In this document: positions 7,317-15,051 of the stretch, piece by piece | How the letters are laid out: every line of letters starts with the position of its first letter | Numbering within the stretch: the first letter of the stretch is position 1 | DNA from: a virus | Lineage: Duplodnaviria; Caudoviricetes | Direction: 5' to 3' (one strand) | Virus record (IMG/VR): IMGVR_UViG_3300005663_000536 | Location: 1 to 25,303 of that record | Length of the DNA: 25,303 nt | Notes under the pieces: model-generated | Seen by the model: only the letters and a program-made list of their open reading frames with translations | Told to the model about the DNA's origin: nothing | Database searches by the model: none | Position numbers and translations under genes: made by a program

Positions 7317-7697
7317 ATGGCAATCGACTCGAATCTCTACACCATTCCCGGCCTGAAGGCCGAGAAGGATCTCTCGTCCCATCAGTTCAAGGCGATGGAG
7401 CTGTCGGGCGCGTTCCAGGTCGACCTCCCGGACAGCGCCGCCGACATCGTGGTCGGGATTCTTCAGAACAAGCCGGCCGCTGCGGGCCGCGCGGCCGAGG
7501 TGCGTCAGTTCGGCATCACGAAGTGGAAGGCCGGAGCCACGATCACGGTCGGCGCCCGCGTCGGGACGACCAGCGCCGGGCTGGCCGTGGTGAAGACGGC
7601 GAACAACGACTGGTTCAACGGCATCGCGTTGTCCGCTGGCGACAACGGCGAGATCGTCGAAGTGCTGTTGACCGGCGGCGGCTACTTCGGCACCTAG
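7317..7697 (+). CDS. Capsid cement/head decoration protein (DUF2190-like)
   Basis: 126 aa, Gly/Ala-rich; VGILQNKP..G.AAEV...G.TK..AGA.I..G..V.....G.A...GIAL..G..GEIVEVLL; GAAGGAG RBS; immediately upstream of the capsid gene. Confidence 0.8.
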   Translation: MAIDSNLYTIPGLKAEKDLSSHQFKAMELSGAFQVDLPDSAADIVVGILQNKPAAAGRAAEVRQFGITKWKAGATITVGARVGTTSAGLAVVKTANNDWFNGIALSAGDNGEIVEVLLTGGGYFGT

Positions 7698-7761
7698 TGC
7701 TGAGCGCGGCGCGTTGCTGACTGAAGGAGGCAACACGCGGCATTGAAGGAGAGAGGACACC

Positions 7762-8742
7762 ATGCTCGTTCCCAGTCTGCTACGCAAGGCTCAGCCGACG
7801 GCGTCCGACCTACACATCGATCGGCTGCTGACGAACATCTCGATCGCTTACATGAACACGGCCTACATCGCGGACCAGATCTTCCCGATGGTCCCGGTGC
7901 AGAAGCAGAGCGACCGGATCCCGCTCTTCAACCAGAGCTTCTGGTATCGGGATGACCCGCGCGTGCGGGCGCCTGGCCAGAAGTCGGTCCGGGGCGGGTT
8001 CGACGTCGACAACTCGGCCATCTACTTCGCCGACCGGTTCTCGCGCGGCTTCGAGATCCCCGACGAGGTGCGCCGGAACGCCGACCTGCCCTACAACCTC
8101 GACCGCGACGGCACGCGGTTCGTCACCGACCGCATGATGATGCGGCGGGAGGTTGCGTTCGCGACGGACTTCTTCACGACGGGCAAGTGGACGACCGACA
8201 AGGTCGGGACCACGGACTTCACGAAGTGGTCGGACTTCGGGGGATCGACGCCGGTGGTCGACATCGACACCTTCAAGGACGAGGTCGAGGCGCTCTCGGG
8301 CGTGGAGCCGAACTTCTTCGTGATGGGCAAGCAGCCCTGGGTCCAGGTGAAGAATCACCCGACGCTGATCGACCGGATCAAATACACGCAGCGGGCGCAG
8401 CTCACGACTGACCTCGTGGCGTCGCTGTTCGAGTTCCAGAAGCTCCTGGTCGGCCGGTCGATTCAGACGACCGACCCGGAAGGCACGGCCGAGGGATCGG
8501 TGAGCTACAGCCGCATCTGGGGCAAGAACGCTCTGATGCTCTTCGTGCCGCCGGCGGCGTCGCTGCTGACCCCGGCCGCGGGCTATACCTTCGTGTGGCA
8601 GGTCGTCGCGAATGCGCTGCAATTCATCAAGCGCATGCGGGACGAGGAGCGGGAGGTCGACATCATCGAGGCGAACTCCTGGTTCGACCAGAAGATCACC
8701 TCGGCGCGCTCCGGCTTGTTCATGTCCGCTCTCGTCGCCTAG
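7762..8742 (+). CDS. Major capsid protein (HK97 fold, lambda gpE-like group)
   Basis: 326 aa; LHIDRLLTNISIAY.N..YIADQIFP.VPV.KQSD, R.RAPG, KWSD...S.P..DI, PN..VMG...W....NHP...DRIKY; strong RBS GGAGAGAGGA. Confidence 0.9.
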   Translation: MLVPSLLRKAQPTASDLHIDRLLTNISIAYMNTAYIADQIFPMVPVQKQSDRIPLFNQSFWYRDDPRVRAPGQKSVRGGFDVDNSAIYFADRFSRGFEIPDEVRRNADLPYNLDRDGTRFVTDRMMMRREVAFATDFFTTGKWTTDKVGTTDFTKWSDFGGSTPVVDIDTFKDEVEALSGVEPNFFVMGKQPWVQVKNHPTLIDRIKYTQRAQLTTDLVASLFEFQKLLVGRSIQTTDPEGTAEGSVSYSRIWGKNALMLFVPPAASLLTPAAGYTFVWQVVANALQFIKRMRDEEREVDIIEANSWFDQKITSARSGLFMSALVA

Positions 8743-8769
8743 CGGCGAGCGGCGGCACGGAGGATCGGT

Positions 8770-9375
8770 ATGGCGACACGCAAGCGCAAGGCGGCGAAGA
8801 CTCGCCGCCGGCAACCTGTCCGACGCCGGAAGGCGGCGCCGACGCGAGCGCCGGTGCCGGTGCCGGTGCCGGAGATGACGGACGACGCCGCCCAGGCCAT
8901 CGGGCGGCAGATCGCTGGCCCGGAGCCGGGAGGGTCCGGACCCGAGCGCGAGGCGCCGCAGACCAACATCGACTACTGGGCGACGCGGCCGATGGGCTAC
9001 GGCAACGTCGACCTCGATCGGGGCCAAGTGTTTCGGCTCGTCGGCCTGCGCAACGACAAGCTCCTCGTCGATCTCGACTACTGCCAGCCGGTGCGCACGA
9101 GCGACCGCTACCCCTGTCGGGCGTGTGGGGCCGCGTTCATGGATCTCGGCTCGCTCGAAGGGCACGGCCGGCGCCGACACGAGCCGGCGCGGGTCGGGCC
9201 GCCGCCGCCGATGCGGATGGGGGACGAGACGGAGGTCGCGTATCAGGCGCGACTCGACCAGTGGGCGATTCAAGCCGGCGCCGCGACGGACGCGCAGATC
9301 GAACGGGAAGACACGCAGGCCGACGCTGTGCACCCGCTGAACCTGGAGAACACGGCCGCGAGCCGATCGGCCTAG
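8770..9375 (+). CDS. Hypothetical protein with basic N-terminus and a classical C2H2 zinc finger
   Basis: GGAGG RBS; N-terminal MATRKRKAAKTRRRQPVRRRK; YPCRACGAAFMDLGSLEGHGRRRH at 9109-9180. Confidence 0.7.
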   Translation: MATRKRKAAKTRRRQPVRRRKAAPTRAPVPVPVPEMTDDAAQAIGRQIAGPEPGGSGPEREAPQTNIDYWATRPMGYGNVDLDRGQVFRLVGLRNDKLLVDLDYCQPVRTSDRYPCRACGAAFMDLGSLEGHGRRRHEPARVGPPPPMRMGDETEVAYQARLDQWAIQAGAATDAQIEREDTQADAVHPLNLENTAASRSA

Positions 9376-9403
9376 CGCCACTAGCGCCAAGGGAGACGTT
9401 GAC

Positions 9404-10432
9404 ATGACCCAACGGTTTACGCACGACGTGGGATTGTTCGGTGGGATTGAGACCGATTCGCTGAAGGTCGCCGGAGCGTCGATCCTTCCGTTCCTGACGG
9501 GCAAGTCGGTCTTCTGCGACCCGGCGAACGGGAGCGACCTCTTGTCGGGGCGCACCCTGGCGCAGGCGATGCAGACGATGCCGGCGGCCTATGCGCTGAT
9601 GACGGCCGGGAAGAACGACTTCATGTTCCTGGTGGGCAACGGGCAATCCAGCGGGGCCGCGCGCCTGACCGAGAACTTTGCGTGGAACAAGCACGCCACG
9701 CATCTCATCGGGATCGGTGCGCCCACGAGCTTCGCAGGACGGGCTCGCATCGCGCCGACGCTGGCGACGACGGCGTTCGCGAATTTCGTCACGGTCAGCG
9801 TGGATGGGTGCATCTTCTCGAACATCCACGCCTTCCAGGGATTCGACACCGGCACCACGGCTCAGATCTGCTGGACCGATACCGGTCGTCGGAACTACTA
9901 CGAGAACTGCCACCTCGGCGGCATGGGCGATGCGGAGTCGGCGGCGAACGCCGACAGCCGATCGCTCCTCTTGGGTGGCGCCTCCGGCAAGGGGGAGAAC
10001 ACGTTCGTCCGGTGCACGATTGGGCTCGACACGATCCAGCGCTCCGTGGTGAACGCCAACCTGGAGTTCCAGAACGGCACGCCGCGGAACCGGTTCACCG
10101 AGTGCATCTTCCCGGTCTGGGGAGACGCCGGTCAGGACCAGCTCGTCATCCTCGTTGACGGGGCGAACGCGGTCGACCGCTATCAGTTCTTCGAGCGGTG
10201 CCTGTTCTACAACGTGCGGCACAGCGGGGCGGATCAGGCCGCCGTGGCGACCTTCACCAGTGCAGCGGCGAACGGTGACTTGATCTTCAAGGACTGCACG
10301 CGCATCCGGATCACCGACTGGGGGACGGACGCGACCTCGAACGCGCAGATCTTCGTCGGAGGAGCCTCGGCTGGCTCCACGAATCACGCCGGCGACGACG
10401 TCGGGCGTGGCATTGTGGCCGCAGCGTCGTAA
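9404..10432 (+). CDS. Probable parallel beta-helix (pectin-lyase-like) virion protein, possibly a head fibre/spike
   Basis: N-terminal FCDPANGSD..SG.T...A..T...AY motif; repeated Asn/Cys-ladder coils (GCIFSNI, NYYENCHL, NTFVRCTI, NRFTECIF, QFFERCLF, LIFKDCT). Confidence 0.65.
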   Translation: MTQRFTHDVGLFGGIETDSLKVAGASILPFLTGKSVFCDPANGSDLLSGRTLAQAMQTMPAAYALMTAGKNDFMFLVGNGQSSGAARLTENFAWNKHATHLIGIGAPTSFAGRARIAPTLATTAFANFVTVSVDGCIFSNIHAFQGFDTGTTAQICWTDTGRRNYYENCHLGGMGDAESAANADSRSLLLGGASGKGENTFVRCTIGLDTIQRSVVNANLEFQNGTPRNRFTECIFPVWGDAGQDQLVILVDGANAVDRYQFFERCLFYNVRHSGADQAAVATFTSAAANGDLIFKDCTRIRITDWGTDATSNAQIFVGGASAGSTNHAGDDVGRGIVAAAS

Positions 10433-10450
10433 CCGGAACCGGGAAGGGCT

Positions 10451-10504
10451 GACAGGCTCCTGCGATTCGCCGGCGTCATGCTGGCCGGGGGCCTGTCGCT
10501 ATTT
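10451..10504 (+). terminator. Intergenic stem-loop, possible weak terminator or processing/stability element
   Basis: GACAGGCTCC/GGGGCCTGTC outer stem (10451-10497) with inner GCCGGCG/TGCTGGC stem, followed only by GCTATTT. Confidence 0.45.
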
Positions 10505-10518
10505 AAGGGGACGTTCAG

Positions 10519-10941
10519 ATGGCACCTACGCTGCCGCGCTACGGCTTCAACATGCTGCCGTCGACGACGATCGGCGCCGCCGGCACGGTCACCGGCATCC
10601 CGATCCCGCTGCGCGACGTCAAGCATCTCCAGGTCCAGGCCGTGTTCGTCCGGGCCGCCGGCGGGACCGACGTCAAGGTGTTCATCCAGACCAGCCTCGA
10701 CGCCGGCGTGACCTGGATCGACATTATGAACCTGCGCTTCACGACGTCGACCGCGACGAAGGTGAGCGCGGCGCATCGCGACTCGCCGCTCGCGGCGGCG
10801 ATCACGCCGACCGATGGCAGCCTGACGAACGACGTCGTCGTGAACGGGTTGATCGGCGACCGCGTCCGCGCGAAGGTCGTCTCGACGGGCACCTATACCG
10901 GCGTGACGACGCTCGCCATCGAAGCGGTGGCGCATCGGTGA
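10519..10941 (+). CDS. Hypothetical beta-rich virion protein
   Basis: 140 aa, Thr/Val-rich; AAGGGG RBS; DVKVFIQTSLDAGVTWIDI motif of a type seen in small phage structural proteins; sits between head and neck genes. Confidence 0.65.
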   Translation: MAPTLPRYGFNMLPSTTIGAAGTVTGIPIPLRDVKHLQVQAVFVRAAGGTDVKVFIQTSLDAGVTWIDIMNLRFTTSTATKVSAAHRDSPLAAAITPTDGSLTNDVVVNGLIGDRVRAKVVSTGTYTGVTTLAIEAVAHR

Positions 10942-11384
10942 GCTTCAGCTACTCGGGCGATCCGTCGGCGAGCGATCTGGACGCGGTTCGGTTCCTGATC
11001 CAGGACACGTCGACGCCGGGCGAGTTCCTCCAGGACGAGGAGATCACCTGGCTGCTGACGCAGGAGGAGAACATCTACACGTCGGCCGCGGCGGGCGCGC
11101 TGCTCCTGGCCGGCCGCTCGCACAACGTGAAGACGAAGAAGGTCGGCGACCTGACGATCACGTTCGGCGCGGAGATGTGGAAGGCGCTGGCCGAGTGGCT
11201 GCGCGGGCGCGGCCAGGGCTACCGCATCCCGACGGCCGGCGGGATCAGCATCTCCGACAAGCGCACGATCGAGCAGGACGACGATGCGGTCGCGCCGGAC
11301 TTCTTCCGCGGCCTGCATCGTGACCCGCGGGCGCGCACGGTGGCGCGGGGGCATCACGACCACGAGCATCAGGTGTTGCCGTGA
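10938..11384 (+). CDS. Head-tail connector/adaptor protein
   Basis: GTG start overlapping the previous stop; MSFSYSGDP..SDLDAVRFLIQDT......LQDEEI.WLL, KKVGDLTI; first neck gene. True start is 10938, not 10407. Confidence 0.75.
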   Translation: MSFSYSGDPSASDLDAVRFLIQDTSTPGEFLQDEEITWLLTQEENIYTSAAAGALLLAGRSHNVKTKKVGDLTITFGAEMWKALAEWLRGRGQGYRIPTAGGISISDKRTIEQDDDAVAPDFFRGLHRDPRARTVARGHHDHEHQVLP

Positions 11385-11725
11385 GCTTCGAGAACGACTT
11401 CCTCGACTGCATGCCGCACACGGTGCTGATCGCGCTGCCCGATGGCTCGTTCAGCGATCGCGGCAAGCCGAACTTCGCGGCCGACGTCTCGTTCACCGGG
11501 CGCATCGTCGAGAAGAACGAGAACGTGATCGACGACGAGGGACAGGAGCGCGTCTCGCGGCTCTCGATCTGGCTGGCGACGACGACCGTGATCACGCCGG
11601 CGGCGAGGCTCACGATGCCGGCGGGCTACACGCCGACCCAACCGCCCATCATCCGGGTCGAGCGCTACCCGGACCAGGAGGGCGATCATCACGTGGTGCT
11701 CCGGGTGAGCGCACGTGCGGCGTAA
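11381..11725 (+). CDS. Head closure/stopper protein
   Basis: 114 aa beta-rich; D.RG.P, V.D..GQE.VS...I.L pattern; second neck position; GTGA overlap. Confidence 0.7.
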   Translation: MSFENDFLDCMPHTVLIALPDGSFSDRGKPNFAADVSFTGRIVEKNENVIDDEGQERVSRLSIWLATTTVITPAARLTMPAGYTPTQPPIIRVERYPDQEGDHHVVLRVSARAA

Positions 11726-11737
11726 GGAGCGAGAGCG

Positions 11738-12118
11738 ATGGCGCTGATGTCACTCCAGTTCCGGGGGCTGCGCGAGATGGAGCGGCGCATTGGGAACCTC
11801 GCCGTGCAGCATCCGCGCGTCGCGCAGCGGGCGCTCGTCAGCGAAGCCGAGATCGAGATGACGGAGATGAAGAAGCGGACGCCGGTCGATGTCGGCACGC
11901 TCCAGGACAGCGGCCGAGTCGAACCGATCCCGCCGCTCGGCATCAAGTGGGTCTTCGGTGGCGCGGCGAAGGACTACGCCATCGCGGTGCACGAGAACCT
12001 CGGGGCGTTCCACACGACGGGCCAGGCGAAGTATGTCGAGAGCGTCGTGCTGGAGTTCATCCCGCACGCGGCCGATCGGGTCGGGCGGCGCTGGGCCGCG
12101 GAGCTGGGATTGCGATGA
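11738..12118 (+). CDS. HK97 gp10-like neck/tail-completion protein
   Basis: KKRTPVDVGTLQDSG, YAIAVHE, GQAKYVE motifs; AGGAG RBS. Confidence 0.8.
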   Translation: MALMSLQFRGLREMERRIGNLAVQHPRVAQRALVSEAEIEMTEMKKRTPVDVGTLQDSGRVEPIPPLGIKWVFGGAAKDYAIAVHENLGAFHTTGQAKYVESVVLEFIPHAADRVGRRWAAELGLR

Positions 12119-12519
12119 GCAGCGCGAGCGTTGAGCTGGCCGAGTATCTGGAGGATGAAGGCGTGGGCACGGTCGGCACGGACATCTTCGTCGACAAGCA
12201 GCCGCTGGGCGCGGTCAACTCGCTGCTCATCGTCACCTATCCGGGCGCGCCGCCAGAGCATCGGATGGACGGGACGAGCGACGTGCGCTTCACGTTCCCG
12301 AACGTCCAGGTGCGCGTGCGCAACACCGACGACGCCACGGCGGTCGCGAAGGCGAACGCTGCCGCGCGTGCGCTCGGGAAGGTCGCGAACCAGACGATCG
12401 AGGGCACCTACTATCGGAGCGTGAACCTGATCCAGCAGCCGGGGCTCATCGAGCGCGATGAGAATGACCGGATGATTCAGGGCTTCAGCGCGCAGGCGGA
12501 ACGGCAGGCGATTCTATGA
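12115..12519 (+). CDS. Tail terminator (minor capsid_3-like) protein
   Basis: ATGA-coupled start at 12115; LAEYL...GVGT.GTDIF....P, YPG.PP, PNVQVRVR, RDENDR...F; last neck position. Confidence 0.75.
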   Translation: MSSASVELAEYLEDEGVGTVGTDIFVDKQPLGAVNSLLIVTYPGAPPEHRMDGTSDVRFTFPNVQVRVRNTDDATAVAKANAAARALGKVANQTIEGTYYRSVNLIQQPGLIERDENDRMIQGFSAQAERQAIL

Positions 12520-13148
12520 CGGCCGAGGCTCGAGACATTCTCCTCTTCGGCGGGAGCAACGACGGGCGCAACGCGCAGCTCGCGCACTGGATGACGAACT
12601 GCCCGGACCTGCACGCGTTCATGCCCGACTACCACCGGCTCCAGCTCGAACGCTGGATCTGGGACCGCCGGGGGGATCTGCGCGGTCGCGTCCTGGACGT
12701 CGGGGTCCAGAACGCGCGCCGCTGGATTGGGCCGCACTACCGCACGGTCGGACTCAACGGCGAGGACCTGCACGCGGACCTGCGCGCGCTTCCGGTGGCG
12801 AGCGACGAACTCGACGCGATGATCGTCACTGAGGTCCTGGAGCACTGCGAGGATCCGTTCGGGGCGATGCGCGAGATCTACCGGGTGCTGAAGCCGGGCG
12901 GCCTGCTGCTCGTGACGTCGCCGTTCTTCTGGCCGCAGCATGCGACGCGCGACTACAACGACTTCTGGCGGTTCACCGACCAGGGCTGGGCGCTGCTGCT
13001 GCGCCCGTTCCATGACGTGACGATCGAGCCGTGCCAGTGGACCGTCGAGGGCGCGCAGCTCTACGACCTACTGCGTCGCTTCGAGTGCTGGGGCAACGCG
13101 GCCAATGTGCAGGCGGCCACGGCCTATCTCTGCACGGGGAGGAAGTGA
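12516..13148 (+). CDS. Class I SAM-dependent methyltransferase (Methyltransf_11-like)
   Basis: VLDVG motif I, ADLRALP, EVLEHCEDP...MREIYRVLKPGG.L.VTSPF.WP.H, DFWRFT..G; this subtype is common in glycan biosynthesis loci. Confidence 0.85.
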   Translation: MTAEARDILLFGGSNDGRNAQLAHWMTNCPDLHAFMPDYHRLQLERWIWDRRGDLRGRVLDVGVQNARRWIGPHYRTVGLNGEDLHADLRALPVASDELDAMIVTEVLEHCEDPFGAMREIYRVLKPGGLLLVTSPFFWPQHATRDYNDFWRFTDQGWALLLRPFHDVTIEPCQWTVEGAQLYDLLRRFECWGNAANVQAATAYLCTGRK

Positions 13149-13402
13149 TGGCGGGAACGACCTGTCAGAAGTGCCACCGGGCGGTGTTCGAGGCTGACGT
13201 CGACGCGGCCGGGCTCTGCGTCTTCTGCCAGGGCAGCCGGGAGCCGGCCCCGCCGGCGGCGGCGCCCAGACCCGCCCACAGGCCGGCCAGGCGGGGCGCC
13301 ACGAGGCGATCGGAGGGCTCCGCGGCCCAGGAGCCGACCCTGGCGCCGGCGACGCCTGACGGCGGCGCTGGCGGGGGGGACATCGGGGAGGACGACTCGT
13401 GA
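13148..13402 (+). CDS. Small Zn-ribbon protein with a disordered Pro/Ala tail
   Basis: TGATG-coupled start; CQKC-x14-CVFC; exactly bridges the methyltransferase and the next gene. Confidence 0.6.
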   Translation: MAGTTCQKCHRAVFEADVDAAGLCVFCQGSREPAPPAAAPRPAHRPARRGATRRSEGSAAQEPTLAPATPDGGAGGGDIGEDDS

Positions 13403-14007
13403 TTGTGGGGCGGACCTGGGCCTGGGGCCACATCCCGAAGACGGGCGGCGACGCGACCCGCGCGATGGTCACGGCGCTGGGGCTGGACGTCGAGCTGACG
13501 CCGGCCGCGGAGCGCGAGAAGCACAGCCCATTCGGCACGCATCTGGACCCCGACGGCAAGGACCGGATCTATGCCGCCAACATCCGTCGGCTGCCGGCCT
13601 GGACGATCAGCGTGCTCGTCCACCGTCGGGTCTTCGGCTGGTTCCCGCCGGACGCCAGCCCGCGCGCGGTCTCGGTCGAGGAAGCGATCGAGGGCGGCTG
13701 GGGGGACGAGCGGCTCGGGCTCTTGACGAACGACGGACGCACCGCCGTGAACCGCTGGCTCCGGACCGAGGTGCTCGCGAGCGATCTGCTCCGGTTGCTG
13801 GCCGAGGTCGAGCCGGTCGACGTGCTGGCGCGTGAGCAGCGGCGGCAGCGCCTGAGCAGCTTCCCGCGGGTCAACGCGATGACTTACGACCACGATCTAC
13901 GGCAGTGGTTCACGCGGGCGCAGGTCGATGCGCTCTACGCGAAGAACCCGCAGTGGGTGGACATCGAGGACCGGATCTATGGTCGGGTCCAGGCGGTCGC
14001 GGTATGA
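13399..14007 (+). CDS. Sulfotransferase-family (Sulfotransfer_2-like) protein
   Basis: N-terminal HIPKTGG matches the 5'-phosphosulfate-binding loop; KH motif; ANIRRLPAWTIS aligns loosely with the R.P..R..S 3'-phosphate motif; LR.E.L..DL and a C-terminal Y..D.....Y pattern. Confidence 0.65.
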   Translation: MIVGRTWAWGHIPKTGGDATRAMVTALGLDVELTPAAEREKHSPFGTHLDPDGKDRIYAANIRRLPAWTISVLVHRRVFGWFPPDASPRAVSVEEAIEGGWGDERLGLLTNDGRTAVNRWLRTEVLASDLLRLLAEVEPVDVLAREQRRQRLSSFPRVNAMTYDHDLRQWFTRAQVDALYAKNPQWVDIEDRIYGRVQAVAV

Positions 14008-15035
14008 AAATCCTGTTCGTGTGGCCGGCGGCCGAGTTCTCCGTCGCGGATGTGGCGCGGGGCTACCGGCTCGCGCTGACGAAGGCGGGCCACGACGTCG
14101 CCGACTATCGCCTCTCGCGGCGGTTCATGTATCACGTCCGCGCGCTCGGGGAGAAGAAGGCGCAGGACATGGGGCTGGTCGCGCGTCTGGCGAGCGAGAA
14201 CGTCCTGCTCGAAGCGATCCGGAACCAGGTCGACCTGGTCATCATCGTCGCGGCGCTCTACTTCCATCCCGACGGGATCTGGTTCCTGGCGCGCTGCGCG
14301 CTGCCGACGGCCGTCATCTTCACCGAGTCGCCCTACTGCGATGATCGTCAGGCCAAGTTCGCCCAGGTCTACCCCGAGATGATCTGCGCCACGAACGAGC
14401 GCACGTCGGCCGCGCGCTACGGCTGGACCTATCTCCGGCCCGCCTATGACGCGGACATCCACAAGCCCGTGGCTGCGGACCCCGAGCAGGCGTGCGACGT
14501 GCTGATGATCGGCACGGGCTGGAAGGAGCGGATCCGGCTGCTCGAAGGCGTCGACTGGACGGGCATCAAGCTCCGGCTGCTCGGCTTCTGGCAGGCCGCC
14601 GGGTTCCTCGGCAAGGACAGCCCGCTGCTGCCGTTCGTGGTGGACAAGGCCATCAGCAATCTCGACGTCCCGCGCTACTACGCGAGCGCGAAGATCTGCC
14701 TGAACTCTCACCGCGCCGGCGACGGCGCCGAGAGTGTCAACCCGCGCGTGGTCGAGGCGGCGGCGTGCGGCGCGTTCCAGCTCAGCGATGCGCGCGCAGA
14801 GATGAGGGAGATGTTCCAGTGGGGCGGATCGTGGCCGCCGATGGCGCCGGTCATCCCGACCTTTGATGACAGCGAGAGCCTGGAGACCTTGATCCGCGAG
14901 TATCTCGCCGCCGACGAGCGGCGGCGGTGTCACGCCGCGCAGGCGCGGAAGTGCGTGCAGGGCGAGACGTTCGATGTGCGGGTGGCGACGTTGATGGAGG
15001 CGTTCGAGCGACGGCGCGAGAGCGTCGCCGTCTGA
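14004..15035 (+). CDS. GT-B glycosyltransferase, CgeB/Glyco_trans_1_2-like
   Basis: ATGA-coupled start MKILFVWP; TESPY.D, PAYD..IH.P, DVLMIGT...ER..LL, YYASAKICLN.HR, NPRVVEAAACGAFQLSD.R, TF..RV..L. Confidence 0.85.
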   Translation: MKILFVWPAAEFSVADVARGYRLALTKAGHDVADYRLSRRFMYHVRALGEKKAQDMGLVARLASENVLLEAIRNQVDLVIIVAALYFHPDGIWFLARCALPTAVIFTESPYCDDRQAKFAQVYPEMICATNERTSAARYGWTYLRPAYDADIHKPVAADPEQACDVLMIGTGWKERIRLLEGVDWTGIKLRLLGFWQAAGFLGKDSPLLPFVVDKAISNLDVPRYYASAKICLNSHRAGDGAESVNPRVVEAAACGAFQLSDARAEMREMFQWGGSWPPMAPVIPTFDDSESLETLIREYLAADERRRCHAAQARKCVQGETFDVRVATLMEAFERRRESVAV

Positions 15036-15051
15036 GAGAGGGAGGAGACCG

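Noticed and set aside
7810-9555. 581-aa minus-strand ORF (and similar ones at 1597-3243, 9137-10387, 13977-15062, 17049-18341)
   Set aside because: All lie opposite well-supported structural genes and have no recognisable motifs; they are GC-rich shadow ORFs.
12516-13148. DNA methyltransferase (anti-restriction)
   Set aside because: Lacks DPPY/NPPY or PC catalytic motifs; matches the small-molecule/glycan Methyltransf_11 pattern instead.
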